From Felis catus (lineage: Eukaryota), in contig NC_058369.1 in the NCBI RefSeq assembly GCF_018350175.1, positions 1,426,001 to 1,490,000 on the forward strand: 64,000 nucleotides of DNA. The letters are read 5' to 3'. Both the position numbers and the translations under genes were made by a program. The notes under the pieces are model-generated. The model did not search any database and was not told the origin of the DNA. It worked only from the letters and a program-made list of their open reading frames with translations. Shown piece by piece: positions 37,811 through 49,957 of the stretch; the first letter of the stretch is position 1; every line of letters starts with the position of its first letter.

Positions 37811-40392
37811 TCAGTCCCGCCCCTTGCCAGCCCGCTGCTTCTGGCGGCCCGGAGGCCGGTCCCCGTCCGGGCGCCGCGGGGAGCCCCAGGCCTGCCTCTT
37901 CCTGCGCCCGGGGTCTCCAGAGTCCTGCGTCCAAGGCCGACGGCCCCCTTCGCCTGCCTCCCAGCGCCGCGGTAGGGCTCCTCGGGGCTCCCTGGCGGCC
38001 CGTGGCTTCTCCTGCTTCCGAGCCCTCTCCTCCCTCCGCGGCCTCTCCTTCGGCGGCCTCTGCTCCTTCGGCGGCCTCTGCTCCTTCGGCGGCCTCTCCC
38101 TCCGAGGCCTCTCCTCCTTCCGAGGCGTCTCCTCGGGCGCGCGCTCTTCCCCAGCAGCCTTCTCTGCAGCCTCCCGGCTCCCAGGAACCTCGGCCTTCTC
38201 CTCCGCCTCCACCTGGGGGGCGGGCGGTCCCGATGGGGGGACCCAGGCCTCGGGCTTCGGCTGCCACGCCGGCGGTGTGAGACGGTGGGGTCAGCGCACG
38301 CCTCCCCTGCCGGCCCAGGCCCCTCCCCCCACCGCCCGCGGTCACTTCAAGGAGGCGCTTACCGGGGGCGGGGGCCGGGGCGACGCTGGCTCCGGTGCCG
38401 ACCTGGGCGGTACCCACGGCTCGGGGACAGGTGCAGGGGTACCTGCCTCCCCCGCCACAGCATCTTGGAGGGGAGGGGTGTCAGCCCAGGCCACGGCGCA
38501 CACCGCGCCCTCCACCCGCGTCCCCCCCGCTGAAGCCCTCCCCCCTCCCCTCTCCGAGCCTTCCGAAGGGAAGGCTCCAGGGTCTCACTGCTGGGGCGCC
38601 CCCTTCCCTCCCAGTCTCCCTCATTCCAGGTGCAAAAGGGCCACAAGAGCTGCCCGGAGCGCACACGCTAGAAAGGGGGCTCACGGGGCCAGTCCTGGGC
38701 GGGGGGAGGGGCAGGGCCCGAGGTGGGTGAGGACCTGTTCACCGAGGGGGGAAGAGCGCCAAAATCCGACGCGGGGAGAGGAAGGGCCCAGGGTCAGGTA
38801 CCCAGTGGGAGTGGGGGTGGGGGTGGGGGTGGGGGTGGGGGAGGAGGCCCCGCCCTGAGGGCGCCCAAGGTCAGTCGCTGAGCAGTGTGCCTGCACCAGG
38901 CGGGGCAGTGGGGGGAGGAGCACTCCTCTGAGGTCCACACCGTGGCGGGGGCGGGGGGAGGGGGAAGGGGACCAGCCCGGGGAGGCGGGGGCGGGTATTC
39001 AAGACCCCACCCGGGAGGGCGCAGGCTCACCGCGGCACAGCTGGAAGGCCGAACCCAGCATCGCCAGGAGTGAGGCGAGCACCAGGCACTTGTTGAGCGA
39101 CAGGTCTCCCCAGGGCAGCTCCTCGCTCAGGGCCGGGGCCGGGGGCGGCGGTGGCCGCTGCGGGGGCGGGGCGGCCTGCGCCTTCTTGCGGGCGGGGCTC
39201 CGGGGAGCTGCGGGAGCAAGTGCTGGGCTGGGCACAGCCCCACGGGGCAGACCTGGGCCCTGATCTCAGCTCCTCCCTGCCTGGTCACGCGGCCCTGCAT
39301 GCCTGCCTCGGAGCTTCCCTGGGATGGGGAGAATAATCTAGAAGGTAATTAACCGAGGCTGAGGTTGTGTTATGCTTTAGCAGAGGGTCCCAAGCCCTTT
39401 TAGTGACCGCTGGTGACACCCGGGACAGAACCCAGCCAGCAGCCCCACTGCGCCCCGTTCCCTTCCCCCTGCATCCAAAGCCCCAGCAGCCCAGGATCTG
39501 ACGCCCTGCTGGGCCGCACCCACGCCCCCACCTCACCCCTGCCTTCTGCAAGCCTACTTGCTCCAACTTTCAGCCTCTCTTTCCCAGCTCCTAGGGCCAC
39601 TTTGGTCACAGGCTCCTTTTCTGTCTTCTTGGGCCTGGCGTCCACATTGCCTGTGGGGCTGCCCTCTGCTGCCGGCTCTTGAGAATCCTATGAGGAGTCA
39701 CCAGTCGCCTGGGGTGTTTCCTTTGTCTCTTTCCCCTAAGGGAGCCCACACCCTTCCCACGGAGTGTAGAAAGCCACCCCCTTGGCCAGCGTATCGCTGG
39801 CTGCAGGGGCATCGTAGGTCGAAACCCCGGGGGCCCCGGCTGCTCACATGGGACCAGCTGCTAGAGTCGGCCGGCCTCGGTGTTGCTGTAATAGGAAAAG
39901 AGAGAGAGTCAAGGTCGTGAGACCCCCGGGCCCATCCCACCCTCTGCTGGGCTCTGCAGGGCTAAGGGTGGGTGATGGCTCCCAGTTCACAGATTAGAAA
40001 GGAAACAGGCTCACAGCAGGCACTGTGGGGCCCAGAGGCACACAGCACTTTGCGGGCAAGCGGGGATTTGACTCCTGACCCGCGGGGCCCAGCGCTTATG
40101 TTTCTGGGGCTCTTTATAGATCCCCAAGGCACTAACGGACAGAGGCCGGAAACAGGGAGCATAGTTTAAACCAGTCCAACGTGGGAGTCTAGGTCCCGGT
40201 CTCCGGAGGTCAACCTCCGGCTCAATGGGAAGACAGGGGCTTGGGTTCCATCCTGCCAGTGCCTCTGCGGGTACCTCGAGCTCTGTCCTCCGGGGGCTGG
40301 TCAGGGCAGGGGTCAGCCAGCGTGGAGAGGTCCTGGCCTGCTTGGCAGCTGCCCAGGCCCCCATCCAGCTCCTGCAAGGCCCTGGTTGTCAT
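37811..40392 (-). CDS. JSRP1: Junctional sarcoplasmic reticulum protein 1 (JP-45), 337 aa
   Basis: Exons (-): 40392-40275, 39885-39848, 39687-39558, 39207-39031, 38463-38363, 38260-37811; total 1014 nt. MTTRALQELDGGLGSCQ..., hydrophobic segment EELPWGDLSLNKCLVLASLLAMLGSAFQLCR, charged KEERPRRE repeats, ...RAGKGRD*. Confidence 0.93.
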
Positions 40393-41879
40393 GGAGACGT
40401 CTGAGAAGCCTGGGATCCGGAGTTGGGCGGGAGGAGGGCTGCAGAAAAGGCGTCTTGCCCGAGAGGCGGCTTGCACTTGCTGAGGCCCTGCTGTGGGCCT
40501 GACCTGGGGGGCGCCCCGTGTACACGAATCGACTGGCCCCCGCCTCTCACCTCAGCCATTACTGGCGCCTCTGCCCGGAACCCCCTTCACCTGGCAAGTT
40601 CACACTCAGGCTGGCGTGGCGGGACAGCCTTGCCCTCGTGCCCCCGCCCCCTGCCTTGGGACCCCTCCCCATAGCCCACCCTCCCTGAGCACAAGGAGGC
40701 TGCTGGGGCCCAGAGAGGGCTGGGACCCACCCCTCACCAAGGTCACACGGAGATGAGACAGAGCCCAGACCAGAACCCTTGGCCCCAGGGTCGACTCATG
40801 TTCTCTGAGAGCAGGGACTATTTTTATCCGGCGTGGAAGCCAGCGCGACAGGCCGACGTGGTGCCAGCCCCTCCCAGGCTGTTGTCCACATGGGGTCTCC
40901 GGACCATCCTCGTCTGCCATTGCTGCACCCCACCCCCACCCCTAAATCTAGAAGCTCACGCTGCAGCGGTCAGGACCAGCCTCACTCTGGGCACTACAGG
41001 CAGGGAGGGGCAGGGACCCCCCCCCACCCGGGAGCTTCCTGACCCCAATGCTGGGGCCCCTGCCTCCTCCCACTGCCTCTGCTCCCATAGGGCAGATGAG
41101 GAAACTGAGTCTCTGGAGACAGCCGTCAGCCAGAGGTCGGAGGGAGCTTGTGGTCGAACCCAGTCCTGCCGATTTCCCAAAGCCTTTGGGGTCTCCAGTG
41201 CCCCTGGCTGCCAGCACCATTGTGTCACGTCTCCGGCCAGAAAAGTGACCCTTCCCTGGGGCTGGAGCAGGGCATTGGGGGAGGGGCCCCGACAGGCCAG
41301 GCCGCAGGTATGTGCCCTCAGGTATGTAGGGGGGCCGCCACGAGAGCTGGGGACTCCCGCGGACCTCCGAGATGGCCTCCCCCAGACCCAGGGGACCCCC
41401 CACCTCTGCCCAGGCCGCCCCCTGCCCTACTTACTGCACAGCCGCCACAGTGAGCCCGCTGGACAGATGGAGCACGGGGAGGGTGGCCCCCAGACAGACA
41501 GCAACAGGTGCCTGGAGGCCGTGGCCTGGGCCAATGATCTCAGCAGGCTGCAGCGAGTGGGGGGGGGGGGGGGGAGGCCCGGCCACAAGGTTGCTGCTGG
41601 GGTGTCCCCCACGCTCAGAGCAGGACTGGGCATTGGCCCAAGGGTGACCCCACCCCCGTGGCAGCACAGAGCCGCTGCTGGGCTGGCCACGGTGGCCTGG
41701 GAAAGCTGTTTGCCGTCCCCGAGCCCAGGAAGGGAGGTCCTGGAGGCGGGAGCACCCAGGGAGGGTCCCTCGAATTCCATCAGCAGGCATGCGGAGCACC
41801 GATTACGTGCGGGGCTCAGCTGCACCCCTGCTCCTGGGGCCTGTGGGGCCAGGGGCGTGAGGGCACGACGCCAGCTGGG

Positions 41880-42810
41880 AGGCCTCTGTTTCCGCAACTG
41901 GAATCCATATGAAATCACCGCTCACAACCATGGGCGCGGTGGCGCTACCACCGCCAACTCCAGAACATTCTGTCTCCCCAACAGCAACCCCCTCCCCGTT
42001 AACCGTCACCGCCCCTCCCCCGGCCCCCACGGGCCCCCTCCCCGTCCGTGGATGAGCCCGTTCCGGACGTTTCACACACGCGGACTCACACCCCGCGTGG
42101 CCGCTCGTGTCGGGTTCCCTCGCTGGGCGCCGCGTGTTCGGGTCCGTGCGCCGGGCGGCGGGGACGGGTGCCTCGCTCCTGCTCGCGGTGGCGGACCCGC
42201 CGCGTGTATCTGCTCGCTGGCATCCGACGGGTGCGATTAGGGAGAGGAGAAGAGGTGCTGGGTGGTCAAGCCCGGGGTCAGATCCCGTCTTTAGAAAAGG
42301 TCGAGATCATGTTCATCGTGGATTTTTATATGTTGATTTTTTTATTGTGGTAAAAAACACACAACCTGAAATTCACCATCGTAACCGTCTCTAAGCGCAC
42401 AGCTCAGCGGCGTTAGGCACTCACGCTGTCCTGCACCCGCCCCCGCCACCCGTCTCCAGAACTTTCCATCTCCCCAGACTGAGACCCTGCCCCCGGGAAG
42501 CACGGACTCCCCGCCCCCTGCCCCACCCCTGGCTCCCACCATCGGCTCTCTATCTCTGTGGACGGTACTCCTCTCGGGACCTCCTGTGCGTGGGGTCACG
42601 CGGGACGTGTCCGTCTGTGTCTGGCTCCTGTCACTGCACACGGTGGCCTCCGGGTCCCTCCACGCGGTGGCAGGTGGGAGGACGTTCTTCCTTCCTGGGA
42701 CTGGGTCATACTCCGGGGTGTAAGTGGACACAGTGTGTTTGTCCTTCATCCACCGAAGGAGGGCAGTCATGCTGCTATGAACACGGGGGTGCAAATACCT
42801 GTTGGAGTCC
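41880..42810 (-). mobile_element. Two adjacent ancient L1MB-like 3' UTR relics (about 41880-42240 and 42335-42810), GC-shifted
   Basis: ttttattgtggtaaaaaacacacaacctgaaattcaccatcgtaaccg...ggcgttaggcactcacgctgtc...tctccagaactttccatctcccc is the L1MB 3' terminus pattern. Confidence 0.7.
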
Positions 42811-42831
42811 CTGCTTTGAAGTCTTTTTTTC

Positions 42832-43053
42832 TTTTTTTTTTTTTAATTTTTTTTTTCAACGTTTATTTATTTTTGGGACAGAGAGAGACAGAGCATGAAC
42901 GGGGGAGGCGCAGAGAGAGAGGGAGACACAGAATCGGAAACAGGCTCCAGGCTCCGAGCCATCAGCCCGACGCGGGGCTCGAACTCCCTGGACCGCGAGA
43001 TCGTGACCTGGCTGAAGTCAGACGCTTAACCGACTGCGCCACCCAGGCGCCCC
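42832..43053 (-). mobile_element. Young felid-type Can-SINE (SINEC_Fc-like) with TSD
   Basis: Head GGGGCGCCTGGGTGGCGCAGTCGGTTAAGCG; TSD tgaagtc(c)tttttttct at 42817 and 43054; 7-bp internal deletion relative to sibling copies. Confidence 0.95.
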
Positions 43054-43844
43054 TGAAGTCCTTTTTTTCTTAATACCAGACTCATCACCTGTAAAAAAAA
43101 AAACAAAAAACAAAAAACAAACAAAAATGTCCCCACCTTCCACAGGAGCCGTCTGGATAAACAGAACCCTGAGCAACTAACGTGAACTGTCAGAGTAAAA
43201 AAGTCATAGGCTTATTTTGAAAGCCTCCAAAACCTTTTAAATACCGTAGATGAGCCATATATTTTAAAATGTGTGAAAAGACACGATTTCTGTAACCGTA
43301 GGTCTGTGGTTCTCGGCCGGGGTGACTCTGCCCCATGCTGAGCCGTGTGTGTGTGTGTGTGTGGGTGGGTGGGGGGGGGGGGACATCTGTGGCTGGTGGG
43401 GCCGGGGACGCTGCTCTGCCCCCAGAGTGACCCGCCCCGACGTCAACGGCACCGGGAGGAGACCCTGTTGAATTTAAACTGCCAAAACACGGTGGAATAT
43501 ATCGCGCCATCAGAACAGAACCTAGTGAGTGGGTTCCACCCCAGACACACGTTGGTTGTCATAGTAATTTCCCAGTGCAAACAGGTCTCCCGGGAGGCAG
43601 CATGGGAGCAGGAGCATCAGGACTTGGGACAGGGGTCTCTGGGCTCAGAGAGCCCCCGCGTGGAATCCCAATCAATTTTCACGCAGCCGGGCTCCCATGG
43701 TTGCTGTAAACGTCATACACTTGTGGGAAATATGCCTGCACTCAGTCAGGAGGGCCCTCGCCCTACGGGACCCGTTCCCACATTTCCCCCACGGCTCACA
43801 TGAGGCCCCTTGACGAAGGTTGATCTTTGGGACACGCCTCTGAC

Positions 43845-44575
43845 CCCGGTACTGGGTTCACTGTACCCCCCCCCCAAAACACATGCTCGAGTCCTAACAC
43901 CCAGAACCTCAGGACGTGGCCTTACTTGGGAATTGGGGTCCGCTGCAGATTGAAGGCGTGTGTCTCCCCCCCCCCAATTTGTATGTTGAAACCTAATCTC
44001 CAGGGTGACAGTATTTGGAGGTGGGGCCTTTGTGGTGATTGGGTCGTGAGGCTGGCGCCCCCGTGGATGGGATCAATGCCCTCATGAAGGAGACCCCAGA
44101 GAACCCTCCCCATCCCTTCCCCACATGACGACACAGGGAGGAGACAGCCATCCACGAACCAGGAATGGGATCCCCCCACCGGACACCGAATCTACCGACG
44201 CCTGGACCTTGGACTCCCAGCCTCCGAAACCGAGAAATAAATTTCTGTTGTTTACAAACCCCCCGGTCTGTGACATTCTCAGGATGGGGCTCTTGTAAGG
44301 AGAAGGGACTTTGGAAACAGACACGCGCGGGGAGGAGATGATGTAGATACGCGCGGGGGGTGGGGGGGCAGACACGGAGGGACGCGGCCACCGGTGGAAT
44401 GTCCGAGCCACCAGGAGCTGCAGGAAGGACCCTCCCCCTTCCCTCCCCACCTCTAGGGGAGAGAGGGGGAGGGCGCCCTGCGGATGCCTGGGTTCCAGAC
44501 TCTGCCCCCAGAAGTTGTTTTTAGTCCCTCATTTTGCGGTTATTAGTTACGGCAGCTGCAAGAAACACCTACATC
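43845..44575 (+). mobile_element. Nested MLT1-type LTRs (inner element about 43940-44280)
   Basis: Two LTR starts (43850, 43945) and two LTR-end motifs (aaataaatttctgttgttta at about 44235; ggcagctgcaagaaac at about 44550). Confidence 0.6.
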
Positions 44576-45054
44576 CCCAAACTTCCTTCTCCCCACGTGA
44601 CCGTGCAGAGAAGCAGGGGTCCCCTGCTCTGGGGGGCTCTAGGCTCTCTTCTCCATATTCGAAGGCTCATCCTGAGACCTGGACCCAGGGGTTTGCAGTT
44701 GGAAAGCGAGAGCCCCTTCGGGACGGACCCTGAGGGGGGGTGGACTGGAGCAGTGGGTCACCAGCAGCATAAACCCTGAGCGAGTAAGTTCCCCCCAGGA
44801 GCCACCGTGAAAGCTGACAAAGGTGCCCACCCGCATAGCTGAGGCCAGCGGCCCCCGCACCCCCAAACAGAGCGCATTCTTCCTATTACACGACAAAGCC
44901 CGAACATTTAGAAAACGTAGACGAGCTCAGCGAGGACAATGTTTAGCAAGCTCAGCATACTCCCGTCCCAACCCAGACACTGGCAACATCGGAGGATTCT
45001 TTCCTCGCTGTTCCCGTGACCCTCCGTGGTGACGTCGCTTCCGTGTTCACTTTT

Positions 45055-45272
45055 AAATTTTTTTTTTTAATGTTTATTTATTTTTGAGACAGAGAGAGAC
45101 AGAGCATGAACGGGGGAGGGGCAGAGAGAGAGAGGGAGACACAGAATCGGAAACAGGCTCCAGGCTCTGAGCCATCAGCCCAGAGCCCGACGCGGGGCTC
45201 GAACTCCCGGACCGCGAGATCGTGACCTGGCTGAAGTCGGATGCTTAACCGACTGCGCCACCCAGGCGCCCC
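45055..45272 (-). mobile_element. Young felid-type Can-SINE with perfect TSD
   Basis: Full head, (GA)n and T-tail; TSD cgtgttcactttt at 45042 and 45273. Confidence 0.96.
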
Positions 45273-46189
45273 CGTGTTCACTTTTTAAAAACCAGCATCA
45301 TCCGTGAGGATCTGAACATCTTGTTTAATAAACTACGCTTTCTTTTCTCTTAGGAGCATGTTATGGTTTGGGGCCCCGCCCCTAGCTCACGCGCTCTCTC
45401 TCTCTCTCTCTCTCAAAAATAAATACACATTAAAAAAATTAAAAATATATATATATATACAAAGAAATGTCTGTAAGAAACATGCCTGTATGTATTTAGT
45501 TTCCTCTGCTCTTGTATTTATTCCTTTTTAAGTAATCTCTAGGTCCAGCGTGGGGCTCGAACTCAACACCCCGAGATCAAGAGTCACGCCCACCGGCTGC
45601 TCTTGTATTTAGCAACAGAAATTCTACAGAAACGAAGATAAAGCGTAGTAAAAACAGAGGTGCGGTCCACACGGGGCGGGACCAAGAACGGTGCCACCGT
45701 TACGTTCGGGTGGCAGCCTGTGGATCATTTTCTTTCTAAAATGAAACCTTTGTAAAAACACTTGGGCACCGCAGAGTAAAATATGGAAGAGGGCATCGGA
45801 AAACATCAACGAGACAAAGACATAGTTGGCCCGTGTGAGATAACTCCGCACCCGTTTCTTGGTCGACGCCCCCTCCGGTTGTTTGAACCCGCGTGTTTAC
45901 CGGCCTGTCACCATGTCACCAGCACGGTTCGGTGTCCTGTGCTTTATCGCACGGCCGCAGACGCCTGTGTGGATTCGTGGCCAGGTTGCAGCCGTCTGAA
46001 GCCTTCCTTGGGCCTGACGCACAGCCGGGCTGTGTGACACGTGTTCAGAATGGCTGGGGACTGCTTAGTTCCCGTTTCTCTGCTCAAGGGGCCAAGACCC
46101 TTCTGCTGTCTCGTTCCTGGGAGTGAGGACGGGAGAAAGGGCCAGGTGGACCTGATGAAGGGAGACCCAAGCCTTTTCTATGTTTACTT

Positions 46190-46426
46190 TTTGTTTTATT
46201 TTTAAAGTTTATTTATTTTGAGGGAGGCAGAGGGAGACAGAGAGGCAGGGAGAGAGAGAATGAGTGGGGCAGGGGCAGAGAGAGAGGGAGAGAGAGAATC
46301 CCAAGCAGGCTCGGGACTGTCAGTGTAGAGCCCGCCGTGGGGCTGGAACCCTTGAACCGTGAGATCATGACCTGAGCTGAAATCAAGAGTCAGACACTCA
46401 ACCGAGTGGAGCCACCCAGGCGCCCC
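46190..46426 (-). mobile_element. Older Can-SINE
   Basis: ...gaatcccaagcaggctc...gagatcatgacctgagctgaaatcaagagtc...gagccacccaggcgcccc. Confidence 0.9.
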
Positions 46427-46845
46427 CCCCTGGGTTTTTATTGCAAAGTCGGTTGCGGATATTGAAATGCTTCAGCATGAGCCAGAGATCCGTGCGTTTG
46501 GACGGAATTTACATGGCCACACGCCCCACGTCACTGACCCACATACCGAACCTTGACATCATTCTAAGTGGGAGTCCCTCGGGGCCAATGTGACAAATCA
46601 CCACCAACTGAGGGCTTGAAACCACACACATCGATTCTCTGACAGCTCTGGGGTCAGAAGTCCTAACGCCCAGGCCTGGGCAGGGCTGGTCCCCCCCCCC
46701 CCGGGGCCCCAGGGCCACCCCCGCCTCGGGGGCCTTGCCTTGTTTCCCCTTTTACCAGGTGAGGTGACACATTCACACGTTCCAGAACTAGGACGAGGAT
46801 GTTGAGGGGGAGGTTGTTAATCAGCCAACTATACACATCCTTTTT

Positions 46846-47072
46846 TTTTTTTTTAAATTTTTTTTTTTTCAACATTTATTTATTTTTGGGACAGAGAGAG
46901 ACAGAGCATGAACGGGGGAGGGGCAGAGAGAGAGGGAGACACAGAATCGGAAACAGGCTCCAGGCTCTGAGCCATCAGCCCAGAGCCCGACGCGGGGCTC
47001 GAACTCCCGGACCACGAGATCGTGACCTGGCTGAAGTCGGACGCTTAACCGACTGCGCCACCCAGGCGCCCC
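46846..47072 (-). mobile_element. Young felid-type Can-SINE with perfect TSD
   Basis: TSD tacacatccttttt at 46832 and 47073; body nearly identical to the 45055 copy. Confidence 0.96.
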
Positions 47073-49699
47073 TACACATCCTTTTTAAAAATCAGAGTGA
47101 GACCCTCAGATTCCCTGGCGCCCCCAGATATCGGACCTCGCCACACTGATCTCACCGGGACACGAAGCCTGGGCTCGCCATCAGGCACCACATCCTCTGC
47201 TGTCCTTACCAGCAGCTCAGCTCTCACCACCTCCACGAGGCCCTCCCTGATATGCCTCTTTCCTACCCTGCAGCCCGGGGGTCCCTCGCCTCTCACAGGC
47301 TCCCACAGTCTGATTTCCGTCTTGGTCCCCAGCAAGCCCAGCCCGGGGTGGGGGGCTGCCTTGAAAAACCTGTGCTGATCGGGAGCTCTCCTCCACCGTG
47401 CTCTTCCGACAGAGGAGTTTCCTCCCTCACAGACAACATTTGCAGGTGCGCCCAGAGTAGACAGAAAGGAAAACGTGACATTTGCGAGACACGGGGTGGT
47501 GTCTCGGGGGACATCTGTGGCTGTCACAACTGAAGGGGTTCCCGGCATCGAGTGGTGGGGACCGGGGGTATGCTCAACCCCCTCCCCCGCCAGTGCCTGG
47601 GACACCCCCAGGCGTGACCGGCCCTACTGTACCTAGTGGGAATCAATTTCTGCCTCAGTACCTGAATACCGCGGGCGGTGACCAAGATCTGACAGCAAGC
47701 CAGCCTTTTCGTGCCAGATGAGATCTGGGAGGATGTTCTGACCCGGCCTCAGTGTTTGCAATCTTGGTGGAGGCAGGCGCCTGGGTCCCCTCCCCCACCA
47801 CAGTCAGTGAGGCTGATGAACATGTTCCTCATCCCGGGCGCCCCTACCTCCCTGACAGCATGCAGAGGGAGCTGTCCCCCAGATCCAGACCCGAGAGGGT
47901 GAGTGACACCGCTCCCATATCCCCGCCACGGCGCTGGGAGGCCTTAGGATGCCCTGCCCCCTGCGGCTACTCTCCCTGGCTCTCCCTGGCCTGTCCTACC
48001 CCACCCCACACGTACCCCCTTTTCTCTCCAAGCTCCGCTCTTTTGCAAGGTGCTGCAACTTGTTTTTTAAGAGCCCCCGCCCCAGCTTTCCACCCACGAG
48101 GATTCCGAATTAGAAGAGTGCTTTGGCCAGCAAGGGCACAAAACCTGTCAATGAAGAAGGGACCCTCCCCACCTGGGTGTTGGGTCTCTCCTCTCGAGGC
48201 TCCTGCTGGTTCCCTGTGGGCTGAAGAGGGCTGAATCTTATTCCCCAGACTCTGCCCCGGCACAAGACAGTCACCCATGGGGCTGAGGCTCAACTGTGAC
48301 CTCTGTCACTTTCTGGCCTCAGGCATGGGGAGTAAACACCATGTGACCCAGTGACCAGTGGCAGGTCTGGATTCCGGACTCTTGGCCCAGAATCACTCGT
48401 CAGTGCAAAACACTGGAGAGCCATCAAGAGACCAAAAAAAAAAAAAAAAAGGAAGAAAAAAGATTTCAAAGCTCAGGGGCTCTTCTGGCGTCAAGAAAAC
48501 AGGACCTTCGTTAGAACAAAGATACTAACCCTACAAATAGAATATTGAAGCAGCACCCCAGGGTGGGTGGGAGGGAGCCCTCACAACCAAAGCATGCGTC
48601 TCTGCATAACAATGGAAAACGATTAGAAAGTTCACGATCAGCAATCCACCTGCTTTTAATTTTCACTGGGAGCTGCAACTCTAAACGAAGTCATGGCTTA
48701 AATATTCTTTCCCAGGAAAATTCTTTGGTTGGCCCACTACATGCAATCCTTAACAGTTTAGAGGGAGTCTTGATGACGCATGGGGGGAAGCTGTAAATTG
48801 GACATTGTTTTCCTTGGGAGTTACTGTATAACAGACAGTGCGATGGGCGTGGAAGGGAATTCGGAGACACACAGGGGTTCAGCGAACGTGCTCTGGAGAG
48901 TGAGCTCCTGCTGGTCTGGCAATCATTCAAGGTCCCTTTGGGGAAAAGTTTGTGGCTCTAACCCAAATGGACACAGTAGAATGAAATTAAAACGAGAGGC
49001 AGGAATTGTGAAGACAAAAACCAAATAGGAGCGGCTTCAATGCTACGTAACGCTTCGTTCGGAGCCTCTATGTAAATGTGCCGGAAACCCAAGACCATGA
49101 AACAAAGCAGGACCTGCAAACATCAGCATTTTCCCTGATAAGTCCCAGAGTTAGCTCGCAGAGAGTGCGCTCCTGCATTTAAGCGCGGGGAGTGGCACTT
49201 CTGCCCGCGGCGGGTCTGGTGCACGAGTCAAACGATGAGTTTCCCCGCGGGGACGCCCCGCATCCGAGCTCCCGAGGGTAAGGCTCCGTCCGAGTCCGCC
49301 AAATGCGTCTCTAACCCTGAAGCTTCGCTTTCTAATTGCAGCCGTCTTAAAACGTGAAACACGAAAGCAGAAAACCCTCGTTAGGCCCGATCCTTTCGGG
49401 GTGATTCCTGCAGGTAATCCTGCCCGGAGGGGGGGGGGTGGCTCTGGGACCCCTCCCGCAAATACCGGGGGCCTCTATCGTCGCCCCGTGCCGGCCGGGG
49501 GAGGGGCCCCGCTGAGGGAAGGGACGAGGAACGGGGAACCAGGGCGGAGACGCAGCCTCCCGCCTCCCGAAGTCGCACTGAGCGAGGTGCCCCGCCCCCA
49601 GGCCCAGCTGACGCGAGCGGGGGGGACGCGCAATGCGTTCTCTGGGCCACGGCGCCCCGCCCCCCGAGAGCCCGCAGAGCGTCGTCAGCAGCGGGGGCA

Positions 49700-49890
49700 G
49701 GGCCCAAGGCGGCCCCGCCCCAACCCCGGCCTCCCGCCAATCAGACGCCGAGAGGGGCGGGCACGCCTGCGTTTCCGGGGGCCCCCGTGGCCCCGCCCCC
49801 TCGCGCGGCCGCGCTCCGGACGGCGAGGGGGCGTGGCCCGGACACAGCGCCTATAAAGGCGGGCGGCGGCGGCGGCGCCATTTTGCGAAC
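49700..49890 (+). promoter_or_regulatory. OAZ1 CpG-island promoter
   Basis: GC boxes (ccccgcccc, ggggcggg), CCAAT 49737-49741, TATAAA 49852-49857, YY1-type CGCCATTTT 49876-49884. Confidence 0.85.
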
Positions 49891-49957
49891 GGCGAGCAGC
49901 GGCGGCGGCGCGGAGAAGCGCAGCGGAGGTTTTCTGGTTTCGGACCCCAGCGGCCGG

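Noticed and set aside
37824-38858. 344-aa plus-strand ORF with SFGGLC repeats
   Set aside because: Antisense shadow of the JSRP1 charged 18-bp repeats.
40753-42240. 495-aa plus-strand ORF upstream of JSRP1
   Set aside because: Low-complexity composition, runs into an L1 relic, no domain or homology recognised.
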